Both the position numbers and the translations under genes were made by a program. From Macrostomum hystrix (lineage: Eukaryota; Animalia; Platyhelminthes), in assembly GCA_950097015.1 (NCBI GenBank), contig CATNEN010000007.1, positions 10,912,001 through 10,976,000 of the forward strand: a DNA stretch of 64,000 bases. The letters are read 5' to 3'. Within the stretch, counting starts at the first letter, position 1. Each line of letters begins with the position of its first letter. The notes beneath the pieces are model-generated. The model had not been told where the DNA came from. It was given only the letters and a program-made list of their open reading frames with translations, and did no database searches. Of the stretch, positions 23,251 to 33,873 are shown in pieces.

Positions 23251-26200
23251 CTATCACTATACACATGTAAAACCTTAGCCTCATATTGATAAGGAGACTA
23301 CTTAGTCTACTTTGAATGTTTTTTTGCTTCTAGGCTACTTCAGTAAATTTCATGGAATAAAAGACATTTAGGCCATCAAAGCCATGAAGGTCACAAAGCT
23401 AGGGTATAAAGTCTAGCCAATATTTGAATATGGCCTCACCACAGGACTGAGACAAATGCATTAGACCAATAATCCACTCCCTAAGCATGAATAATAGGTG
23501 ATAAACACAATCTGACAGTGGACTCTAGAGTGCTTGACTCTGAAATTGCATATAGAATCCCTATTTTGGAATGTACAAAGGAAATACAAAGAAAGGAAGA
23601 AATGTGGTAACCTCTTATCCTTGAAGCCAGTCAGAGCTGTAGGGGTCTTGGTTATGTACTTTTCTATGCATGACAAATAGGAACTAGCAAAATATCAACA
23701 CTCACTTTGATCCCAGGATACTCAGAGTATAGCTAGAGTCTGGCAAGGATGGCTAGAATACAGTTTTTATGTTGTAAAACGTTAGATTAGTAAAAGAAAA
23801 GTTTTTTTCAGGCTTTCAATAAAATGTGTTTATGCTTATGAAGCAACCCAATTCTTACCTATTAAAGCTGGGGTCATCTTGGTGTTTTAGTGGTCTTACT
23901 TATTCACTGTATCATTTACGTGTTCTAGTGCTAGCAGACTATTCTTTAGAAGGGCCTAGCTTTATTGCCCATCTCCTAGTTTACAACATACAATAATTTT
24001 ATTTTTTCTCAAGCTATTTATTTAATTTGCCTATTGTCATGACTGGAAGGCCCAGAGCACCCAATAGCATAATCCCTAAGCCTGAGGCTGACCAAAGGCT
24101 GGCAACATACATGTGCAACCTCCCAAATCTTAGCCGGCCGTGTGACTTAGTTTTTGCTCTATTTACGACTTAGTTTGCTCTCAGTTGCAACTTAGTTCAT
24201 TTCATTGCTCTATTTACAACTTAGTTTGCTCTCATTTGCTCTATTTTTTCTCTCCCCTTTTTCCTCTTCTTCAAGCCTTCCTTTTTTGTCCCTTGGTCCC
24301 CCCTTTGATTTTTTTGCACTTGGTTGATTGGTTTTTGCGACTTACCTTGCTTGGCCCTCATTTCACCTAGCCAGTTCGACTGGGTGTTGTGCATGTATGT
24401 GCCTACACATAATGTAAAGTTGTAAATTTGAGCCAACTAGTTATTACACATAATTTTTCTATGGCTTCAAGCAAGGAAAAGTGTTTAAAGTGATAACACA
24501 AACACAATTGAAGGCCAATGCAAAGCAGAAATTCTGGAGCATGTATAGCACATCCGATACTTTGTTTAAAAGTCAGCTAGAATAGTTCCTGTGGCAGCAG
24601 CTAGATCTTAACAATGTGTTTGGTGCAATTCTCTACTGGATTACACATCATTATCCACTGTGAACAATTTTAGTGATCTAACTAAGGCAATAACTCTTTA
24701 GAATGTTTACTGTTAGTGTTTTGCTTGTCTACAATTGAAGCTTGTTCATTTTCAATATAAAAAATAATAATGTAAAACAAACTACAACATTGCCTTTTGT
24801 GCCTAGAGCAATGCCAGATTTGGAGAAATGCTCTAAATAATGCACCTCTGAGGCCCTATTTCAAAGCCACTGAATAAGTACTTCTGGTTTCCAAGGAAAG
24901 AGTTCTCGGAAGGTAAGCTACTGAGCTACTTAATACTAGATTAGGTGAAAACCTAAAAAAACTTGATGTTATAGCCTAGCCTAATCATTTAAAGATACTA
25001 AACTGGAATATTGCCACTTTATTTTTACTCATGGCCTAACAAATATAGCTAGCCAACTTTTAATTTTAAAAGCACATAATCATTACATTAACAATTTATA
25101 TGGATAGGCCCTAGTTAGAAATGTGTGTTAGTCCTTAAAAAAAATATATATATATATTAGGCCTATGTGCTACCACATAATCTATAATACCCCAGAATGT
25201 TGAAAGAGGTTAAAAAGAATAAATCTCTCATTTAGAGACACTTGTATTATTTAGTATGGTTGTAAACGTTAAACTTACAGGGTTAAATTTTTTAGATTAA
25301 ATGTAAACCTTAAATTGCCTAGATGTTTAACTTTCTCATTTCATTATTTCATCATTATACATACAACATGTTATTTAAACTAACTTATCTGACTTTTACT
25401 TTACAGAAAATTTAAACAAGAAGTTAGAGAGGACAGTTACAAAAATATATTCGTTGTGGAGAAGAGAAAAACTCTAAATGTTTATATAGTGCTAAACATT
25501 TAGGATACAAAAATGTTATGATATTGAGACTATTAAATGTGGGTAAATGTTAATGTTGTGGGTGAATGTTAAGACTGAGTAGCTAAATACATGATAAATG
25601 AGGCATTGCATCAATTAGTCCTATGGCTATGACTACAACAAAACGAAAACTGTCTCTACTTAAAAAAAACGAGCTATAAAACAAAAACTAACAGATACTG
25701 ATAGTGAAAACACTGATCATCTCATATCATGACTTATAACAATTTCATGAAAGGAATTATTAAACAAATTTAACGAATTTTTATGCATAATAATAATAGG
25801 CTCTACATGCTATAATACAATATACCAATTGACTGTTGAATATTACAGACCTAAAGGCTACAGTACAGAGCCACTGGCGCTACTTGTACATTGTACATAG
25901 ACATTTCTCTGTGCCCCTTGGAACGGTCTTTGAATCATACACGGGCCTCAAAAAAGGAAGTGTAATTTTTTCCTAATTTTTTCAGCGTTTATTATCAACG
26001 CCATATAAATTTCTAAAGAGTGGCACAGACAAAAGACAATCTGGCCAACTGGCACTCAATCAGAAACGTATGCCATTGTCATGGTGCTGAATTCTTGCTA
26101 ACTGGAAAACGTCAATTATGGTTGTCTCTCTCAACTCTCAAACTCCAATGTCGTGTCACGTAGTTCATTCAAATTTATCGCCCAAAAACATTAGGGAGTA

Positions 26201-26689
26201 TCATAAAGCACTGAAGGCAAAGACATGGGCTAGATGCCCTGCTTCATTTGTTTAACATATAAAATAAATTTGTATCAAAGTTAGAAGCAGTAACTTCTCA
26301 CAAAGAATGCACAAATTTATTAACGATCAGGGAGCTTCAATTCAAATAAAGATGACCAATTAACGCATAAACAAATGACTTATGAGAAAGAAAATGCAAG
26401 AATGAAGGGATGAGGCGGCCCCACAGTGGCCGAGCTTTGACTGGCACAAACATCAGCATGCTGGAGAAATGCAGCAGAAACAAGGATAGGAGCCAGTAAA
26501 GGGTACAGCTAGTACAGGTGCCTGGAGCTTTATAAACAAATGCATAAGCAGCTCAAAGGCTTAAATTAGGCGATTTACTGTGCTGATCGATGAACGTCAG
26601 TATTGAGTAACAGCCGAGCGGACAAATCTAAATCGAAGCCAGACAAACCGCTAGAGAGGGCGATAGGAGAGAGGACAGTCAGTGATGCC

Positions 26690-26812
26690 GAAGAGCCAGT
26701 CAGTCCAGACAGAGCCGGTCAGTCCAGACAGAGCCAGTCAGTCCAGACAGAGCCGGTCAGTCCAGACAGAGCCGGTCAGTCCAGACAGAGCCGGTCAGTC
26801 CAGACAGAGCCG
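26690..26812. repeat. 19-bp tandem repeat (GTCCAGACAGAGCCGGTCA), ~6 copies, overlapping the MPP8-like stop codon
   Basis: Unit equals the last codons plus TGA of the CDS on the minus strand. Confidence 0.9.
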
Positions 26813-29011
26813 GTAGGCCTGCAGCAGCACCCGCAGCTGGCCCATGCCCGAATTCTCCTGCGGCAGCTGCAGCTCCAGCTCGTTAGTCTCGCCGGGAGGT
26901 CGCAGCGGCTGGCAGCCGGTCAGGAAGTGATGAGGTGGCGTGAAGCTGGGTTGGGTGACCCCGTTGAGGCGCACGCCGGACACCATGTCCGGGCCGGACA
27001 GCATGGGGTGGGCGGTGCCGGTGCCTGGGAAGTGGGCCACGGCAATGAACAGGCAGTCCAGCGAGCGGCCAGCCGGGCCCTCTTTCAGATCCTCCGGCGT
27101 AGAGAAGGTCAGGACCCGCTGCGGGCCGGTGCCAGGGCTGACAACGAAGGGCGAGGACACTGAACAGGTGATCTGCGCGCCGGGGAGGCAGCTGCCAACC
27201 ACCTGTTCGATCTCGGTCAGCAGCAGGGCCTGCAGCTCGATAGACCACAGACGAGAAATTTTCAAGGCTTCTTCGGGGATGCCGGCCGCTCGACCGGGCC
27301 AGAGCGCGTTGAACTCTGCGCCGCGCCAAAGCAAATAGTTCATGGTGTGAAACTGGGACTGGCGGGCCGCGCGCATCAGGGCTGTGTCGCCCCGGTGGTC
27401 CCGCAGCTCCAGGTTGGCTCGCGCCTGCAGCAGGAGGTCGCAGGCTATCTGCAGGCCCAGGCCAGCTGCTGTCATTAGGGCCGTACGGCCGGTCCGGCGC
27501 TCCGGAAGGTCCGGGTCGGCGCCAAACTGTAGCAGCAGTTGAAGGGCTTCCGTCAAGCCGTACTTGGCGGCGGTGTGCAAGAGCCAGCTGGGCCGGGATT
27601 CGGGGATGACGTTCAGACTAGGACAGTCCGGATGCCGAAGCGCCTGGCTCAGCGCCATCAGCGGCCTGTCAGGGTCTCGAACCAGATCCACAAGCTCGCG
27701 CTCTGTCAACAGTCGCGGTGGGAACTCAGCGTCCCGCTCAACCAGAAGGATCCGCATGATGTCCGCTGAGCTGCCGGATACCTGCCTTGCCGGGTTGGCC
27801 AGCTCAGACGACAGTGTGGCCTTCCAGGCGTCGGAATCACCACCAGATCTCACCGACTTACCTGAGTGTGCAGCGTCAGTGCGCGACGATCCTGACGGCC
27901 CGTGACCGGTGGTCTTGTCTTTAACGATCTCGCGGCCAGCTAAACTCAGCAGCTTGATCTGGCGCTTGCGGATCACTGCTCCGGTTGGCAGCATCTGGCG
28001 GCTTTCCGTGGAAGCTGGCGCCGCCGAATTAGACCCGGGCTGCAGCCGGCGAGGGTCGCTTGGGCCTGAAGTGCTCACCGAGCCGTCCTCTTCATCTTCC
28101 TCTTCTCCCTCTTGCACCTCACCTCCAACGTCACCGCTGTCACTGATGTCGTCAGCTTCAGCTGCTCTGACCGTGCGCTCTGCCTGCTGCTCCTCCTTCT
28201 CGTTGTAGACGCCATTGTCATTGCCGTTGTCGTCTCCATCAGCCTCGGCTTCGGATGGTGTGTCGCCAGTTTCGGCAATGCGCAGCCCTGAGAATTGAGC
28301 ATCATCGTCATCGTCATCATCATCCTCATCATTGGTTTGGTCGGCATCATTGAACGGCGCAAAAACGGCGAAGACCTTCGGCTGTGGCTCAGGCTGCTTG
28401 ACTGGTGGCTCAGCGGGTTCAACTGGCGCCGCTGTTTCTGTCACGTGGCCACCGTCATTAACGGCCTTGCCGCGGTGTCGCCGGCGGCGGTGTTCAGCCT
28501 GTTTGCTGGCTTTGCTTCGGCCGCTTCCGTGGCGCCGTCCTGACGACGAGCTGTCAGAAATTTCGCCCTCTTCGACTTCTCCGCCTGTCGACGCAGCCAA
28601 ACGAGCAGAAGCCACCTCAGCACTCTTGCGCTTGTGCTTCTTCTTCTTCGCAGGCTTTTGCTTCTTGTCGTTGCTGTCGCTGCTATCATTGTCTGACACA
28701 ATGAACGCCTGTCGCCGTGCTGCAGTCTTCCCAGCGGACTCCTGGGTGAGTCGTTTGATGGCTTTGCCGGACTTGGTGGCAGCGGCGGTGGCGCCCTGCT
28801 CCATGAAGGTCCGCACGGCCTCCTGAGCGTTTCCCATGTTCCCCTCATCCAACCACTGGTAGCTGTCGCGCCCCCAATCGCCCAGCCATTTCACATAGTA
28901 CTCGACCCTGCCTGTGCGTGGGCTGACGCGCCGGTCGAGAACGCGCTCGATCTCGTACTCCTCGTCGCTGCTGCTTGACAGGGAGCCCTCTTCCTCCTCG
29001 GCTGTGCCAGT
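26795..29011 (-). CDS. MPHOSPH8: MPP8-like protein A: chromodomain, acidic/basic linker, ankyrin repeats, MPP8-type C-terminal domain (5' end uncertain)
   Basis: Chromodomain EYEIERVLDRR...EYYVKWLGDW...QWLDEGNM. Ankyrins LHTAAKYG, GRTALMTAA, GDTALMRAA. C-terminus GP..V..VRLNG..Q..HF...GETNEL...RVLLQAYR resembles the vertebrate MPP8 end as recalled. Acceptor TTCCAG| before 29011; an in-frame ATG at 29128 is an alternative start. Confidence 0.8.
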   Translation of the reverse strand, partial: TGTAEEEEGSLSSSSDEEYEIERVLDRRVSPRTGRVEYYVKWLGDWGRDSYQWLDEGNMGNAQEAVRTFMEQGATAAATKSGKAIKRLTQESAGKTAARRQAFIVSDNDSSDSNDKKQKPAKKKKHKRKSAEVASARLAASTGGEVEEGEISDSSSSGRRHGSGRSKASKQAEHRRRRHRGKAVNDGGHVTETAAPVEPAEPPVKQPEPQPKVFAVFAPFNDADQTNDEDDDDDDDDAQFSGLRIAETGDTPSEAEADGDDNGNDNGVYNEKEEQQAERTVRAAEADDISDSGDVGGEVQEGEEEDEEDGSVSTSGPSDPRRLQPGSNSAAPASTESRQMLPTGAVIRKRQIKLLSLAGREIVKDKTTGHGPSGSSRTDAAHSGKSVRSGGDSDAWKATLSSELANPARQVSGSSADIMRILLVERDAEFPPRLLTERELVDLVRDPDRPLMALSQALRHPDCPSLNVIPESRPSWLLHTAAKYGLTEALQLLLQFGADPDLPERRTGRTALMTAAGLGLQIACDLLLQARANLELRDHRGDTALMRAARQSQFHTMNYLLWRGAEFNALWPGRAAGIPEEALKISRLWSIELQALLLTEIEQVVGSCLPGAQITCSVSSPFVVSPGTGPQRVLTFSTPEDLKEGPAGRSLDCLFIAVAHFPGTGTAHPMLSGPDMVSGVRLNGVTQPSFTPPHHFLTGCQPLRPPGETNELELQLPQENSGMGQLRVLLQAYRLCLD

Positions 29012-30174
29012 CTGGAACGGGGTGGAGCAAGGAAGCAGTAGTGACAGCCGTCCAGATACCAACCCCAATGCAACTGGCTTAAGTAGAAGAAACTGCTGAT
29101 TGATTTGGAACGGCACTGGTGGCTGCATTGGAATGCATTGAGCGCTGTCCACTAACAGAAGATAAAAATAATGCCTAACAAGGTGGGTTGAATTGGAGAG
29201 CCTGGAACTATTCCTTGGGTTCTAAAGCGCTTTGCTTTTTAGAGAGGAAACCAGGGAGAGCACAAATTTAAAACTGAACGGCATCAACTAACTGCTAACT
29301 GCTGGCACAAAGTGAGTAGCTGGACTCAGCGACACTTACTAGGTTGCATCGAATCTAATAGCCGTGACCTAAGCTCCTGACTTAACTACCCCTTACTCAA
29401 TCCAATCTAGCTGCAATAACTCGCTGTTGTGTCGCTTACGGAGGAGCGATAAAAAAAGCAAAATGAAGGCCAAGAGCTGTCACAAACATAATACGCAGGG
29501 GGATGCGTCGGGTCGCGCGGTCTGATTTCAGACGTTCGCACTGCCAAATACGTAGTGTAATAGCACACCAAGAGCCAAGATTAAGCCATGCGAAACAAAC
29601 CTGACAGACTATACAGATTGCTAGAAGTGCACCATCACAGCGAACCGAAACCTGCTGCAGTGGGTGAGTACTGACCGATACACCAAGATTATACAATTAT
29701 TATGAGTAGCTCTGAACAGAGCGCACGCCACTAAACATTAAAAGCGAAGAAAAAGAGTGGCTTATTAGTGCACTAGTAAATCACAAAAATACAAAAACAA
29801 CTGAGCTTAATTGCTGCTTAACTACGAGAATTCGAAGGATAATCGATTAGGTAAAGTATAAAATAACGGACGCATAGGCCTAAGAGAAAATCGGGTTAGC
29901 TGGGCCTCCAACACTCCCAATCTCGACCATCCAAAATCTACTCATTCAGTGGGCTCTGCTCGTCTTTTGCTTCTTAGTCAAGCAGTCAGGGCAGGTGCCG
30001 CTTGTAAAATAAACTGATCCAACAGTAATCATATTTATTCTTTAATCGTAGAATTAGCGCCAAGGAGTTCTGCTGATCTCCAAGGCAGCTATGACTTGAT
30101 GCCAGGTAACAAAGAAAATAAGGGGCGATTTTGGCGCACGCCAGGCCTCCCGAAAGGACCGGACGCAGCGAACT

Positions 30175-31776
30175 TTAGCCGGGACCGGCGCCGGACCGAA
30201 AAGTGTTGCAGCAGACGGGCAGCAACAGCAGCTTGTGGCGACAGCGGGCCGGGCCGTCTGGACTGAAGGCCAGCTGTACATGGTTAGTCTCGCCCGGTGC
30301 GGCAGCGGCCTCATCCGCTGGGTAGACTTCCAGGCAGTCGGCGCTGGCCAGAGGCTTCAGCTCGTGACCGTTCAGCTCGAGGCGGGCGAGCAGTCGCTGA
30401 CCGACTGGTCGCCGGAGCCGGACGCCGCCAAGGCCATCAAGTTCGATGAGGCCAGCAAGTATCAGCTGAGAGTCGGACTCGGCCAGGCCCTCCAAGGTGG
30501 AGTATTTGAATGCGCGGAGGCCGCCAGGCGCCACAGAGAAAAGATGCGGCAACTGGGCAGCCACAATGCTCTGGGCGCGCAGGCGAAATGCGCTGAGCAG
30601 TGGCTTGGTGATGCTGTCTATCCAGTCGCTCAGCTGCTTAGAGTCGAGTAGGGACTGGTGGACCAACTCAAACTCGGCGCCGTGGCGGAGAAGCGCGGCC
30701 GCCGCGTCCCATTGCTGACCGTGGACAGCCAGCATCAGGGCGGACTGATCGGAGCTGTTAAAGTTCTCCGGGATGGCGCCGAACTGCAGAAGGCGGTACG
30801 TGGCGGCGGCGTTGCCAGCTCGGGCAACCAGCATCAGCGGGGTGAAACCGTTCGAATTGGTCACGTTGGGCGAAGCGCCAGCAGCCAGCAGGGACAACAG
30901 AAGCGCCGAGGCGAAAGGGCCAGCATGGGCGGCCGCTGTCACCAGGTGGCTTGTGAGTGCAGCGGGGCCAGCGCGGCTCGCAGCGTTGAACAAGGCGACA
31001 GAGTCGCCGACGGCCACGAGCTGGTGGAGGGCGGCTGTGTCAGGAGGTGGTCCCAGACTGTCGCGGGACGGTTGGGCGAGTTGCAATTCCCGGATAGCCA
31101 CTACCAGAGGCTTCTCGAGCGGCGGTCGCAGGAGCGCCTCGGAAAGGTTGGTCGATTTCTGGAAGGCCGACAGGCTCTGCGGCTTTTGCTGCTCGACTTT
31201 GCGTGTGGAGACCAGGCCGCTTGATGCCGAGGCGCGCTCTCTGGGCTGACCTGACAGCAGGCTGGCCCCGGTGATGTCTTTAGTGCTGCTGTGGATCTTC
31301 TCTTTGAGCTTGCGGGTGGTGCACACCTTCTCGATGCGCTCGCGGGACTTCACACTAGACGGTTGCCGCTGGCGTTTGCGAGGCTGCTCCGGCATCTGCA
31401 GTGGCTGTGAGTCAGGCAACTGTTGGCTGGGCGGCTCGTACTCTGGCGTGTTGTCAACGGAGCTCGCCGATGTGTGGCGACGCTTGCTGGTGCCGGAGGC
31501 GGGCCGCTGCTCGTCAGGCAGCTGGTGTCGGGAGCGCTTGCGAGTGGGCCCAGCCTCAGTAGGATCCAGCACTTGCGTGCGCCGGTGCTGCAGCTTGAAC
31601 TTATCCAGCTTTTGCTTGTTGGACGAGCTGTTGGCAATGAGGTCAGCCTCGGCTGCCCATCTATAGCTGGGGGAGGCTCCAGTGTTTCTAAATCTGACTT
31701 GAAACTCCCAGCCGCGAATGCCGGGCCGGCAGTCAATGACTCGCTCTACGTCTAGTGATGGCGCATTGTGGTGCAT
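30175..31776 (-). CDS. MPP8-like protein B (divergent paralogue, 533 aa): degenerate chromodomain, ankyrins, same C-terminal domain
   Basis: LDVERVIDCR...EFQVRFR...RWAAEADL. Ankyrins GFTPLMLVARAGN, QSALMLAVHG. LELNG...PGETNHVQL matches paralogue A. Minus-strand AATAAA at 30034-30039. Confidence 0.8.
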   Translation of the reverse strand: MHHNAPSLDVERVIDCRPGIRGWEFQVRFRNTGASPSYRWAAEADLIANSSSNKQKLDKFKLQHRRTQVLDPTEAGPTRKRSRHQLPDEQRPASGTSKRRHTSASSVDNTPEYEPPSQQLPDSQPLQMPEQPRKRQRQPSSVKSRERIEKVCTTRKLKEKIHSSTKDITGASLLSGQPRERASASSGLVSTRKVEQQKPQSLSAFQKSTNLSEALLRPPLEKPLVVAIRELQLAQPSRDSLGPPPDTAALHQLVAVGDSVALFNAASRAGPAALTSHLVTAAAHAGPFASALLLSLLAAGASPNVTNSNGFTPLMLVARAGNAAATYRLLQFGAIPENFNSSDQSALMLAVHGQQWDAAAALLRHGAEFELVHQSLLDSKQLSDWIDSITKPLLSAFRLRAQSIVAAQLPHLFSVAPGGLRAFKYSTLEGLAESDSQLILAGLIELDGLGGVRLRRPVGQRLLARLELNGHELKPLASADCLEVYPADEAAAAPGETNHVQLAFSPDGPARCRHKLLLLPVCCNTFRSGAGPG

Positions 31777-32822
31777 GTTAGCTGAAAGCGAAATAGAGTG
31801 GCAGCGGCTTTGATTCTTGATTTCTATTGCTCACTCCAACTGAATTTCCTGAACAGAAAAACTATTTATAAAATGACTATCAAAACTCCAAGGTTACTAC
31901 TGGGTGGCGCTAGTTGACAGTAGAGTAAGCGCGGGCGAATCTTTAAACAAGATTTTGTTCTCTCAGGCTGGATGTACTGAGGGTTGTCTCTGAGAGAGCA
32001 GCTCCTGCGCGCGCTTGTGGAGGCAGAAATCTTAAGAAGAGGGAGCAAGTTTTTCAGTTAGCTTTATCGATTTTCCTGGACACAGGAGGGAGGCGAAACG
32101 GGGAGAAAGAAATTCCCGCTTGGCACTCCCCAGGCCAGTCAGGGGCCGGGGATGATGAATGGAAGCCTGTGCAGATGAACACTGAAGCCGCTGGATGAAA
32201 AGCAGTTGCAGTCCAGGCCAGCAGGCAAGGCAGATAGGCAGTGCAGGAATTCTGATGCTGCTTTTTATGCCATTTAGTCTCCGAGTAACAAAGCAGCAAT
32301 GCAGACCTGGGGCAGAGTAGCGGCAAATCTAATTCTTTGAAAGCTTTAATTAATGTCGTTTAGACTCGAGTTACGCTTGAACAGCAAGTTCTGTGTCAGG
32401 TTAGTCAGGAAGTGAAGATCTGCTGTGCCTATGACTTGTGATGCCGCTGGAAGACAGGCAGGCACTAGACACACTGAATGAATGCGTGATGACTCGGTGT
32501 ATGACTGGGAGGCAAGTTGGGGCAAGGAGGTTTGGGGCAGCGGAGTGGGCAGGGGCGTTGCAGGGATTGAAATAGCCGAGGCGGAGGGGTGGGTGTCGGG
32601 CTCGGGGCTGGAGGGTGCGAGGGCCTGGCGGTGCAGCGAGCAATGGAGGCGGTGGCAGTGGCAGTGTACAATCTGAAAGTCACGCGCTATCTGCGTGAGA
32701 TTAGATCGACCAACTACATTCAACAAAGACGAAAAGGCACATGTGACGCGAGGGTTCTGAGTCTACTCAGTCAACGAGAGATAAGAGCGACTGAAATGGA
32801 GTCACCATTGGATTTCACATAG

Positions 32823-33222
32823 CTGTGCTAGGCTCGGGGCTGCGACCCCAATCTTCACAAACTATCTGGTGTAATGTTGCCAAGAACTTTGCACCACCCC
32901 TGAAAGGAGGGGCGTGAAATGAAAATATAGGGCAGAGCGGGGCGCGAAAGCCCCGCCACCGCCGCGATTCTTAGAAAGCTAGTCTTTGAGCTCCAGGTTA
33001 GCCAATTAGAAAATAAACTGTGTTTGTGTTCTTTCTTGGTCTGATCTCCGATCACCGAGGTAAGGATCGAGAAGAGATCGCAACCACCAGCCGTTGTATA
33101 GAGGATCGATAGTCGTGAGTAGTTATAGCCTTCAAGTCACCAAGACTGCCACAAAACCGCTAGACTACGCATAGAGAAACTGAACTGAACTCCCAAGAGA
33201 GAAACAAAAAATTGAAAAGCTA
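32823..33222. repeat. ~400-bp dispersed repeat, copy 1 (inverted relative to 50437-50842)
   Basis: Highly similar reverse complement of copy 2; TGT...ACA-like ends, internal AATAAA and GC hairpins. Confidence 0.85.
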
Positions 33223-33873
33223 AAGTTGCAATATAGGACGGAGGTTGAGTAAGAAGAAACTGTACTACGATTAGACCTGCATTTCTCAGAATAGGCCTTA
33301 GAATTGTAACTGGAATCCGCAAGCAATGGGTGGACCGAACCTAGTTTAATTTCCTTCTCTACTCCTAGTTGCAATTCACACAGGTTAAAAAGCAGCATTC
33401 TGTGAATAAATAAAATCCCAAAACTGTTTTGCAAGTTAAGCCGCGAAATAAAATATTTGTTTCATATTTATTTTCTAAGTAGAAAAAGAATGCCATCTCG
33501 AGAGAGAATGCTCGAGGGACTCTACAAAACTCTAAACAACACAGCTAAGGGTCTATAGCGAGTATGCCAGTGCAGTGCAACACAAACAGCATAATTGCTA
33601 CGGCTATTCGGTAATACTAGCATGGCGCAGACCGCCGGTGCGAGCGGACAGACATTGCTGGGCAATACTTGAATGCGAACTAGCAACTGGCAGATCAGCC
33701 CGGCCTGTCATCTCAATCAGCAGCTTCAAACAAACCCTGAGATGACCGGCCCGACAGACTCTGATAGATAGACTGACAGAATATTCTCAAAGCGCAATTT
33801 CATAGAAAATGTTTAGACAGACATAGGTCAGAAGACATCGGGCAGGGAGGTCTCGCAGGGAGGGTTACAGAGG

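Noticed and set aside
32823-33222. Definite solo LTR or hammerhead ribozyme
   Set aside because: No TSD, homology between copies runs past the TG...CA ends, and no CUGANGA/GAAA core with proper stems was found.
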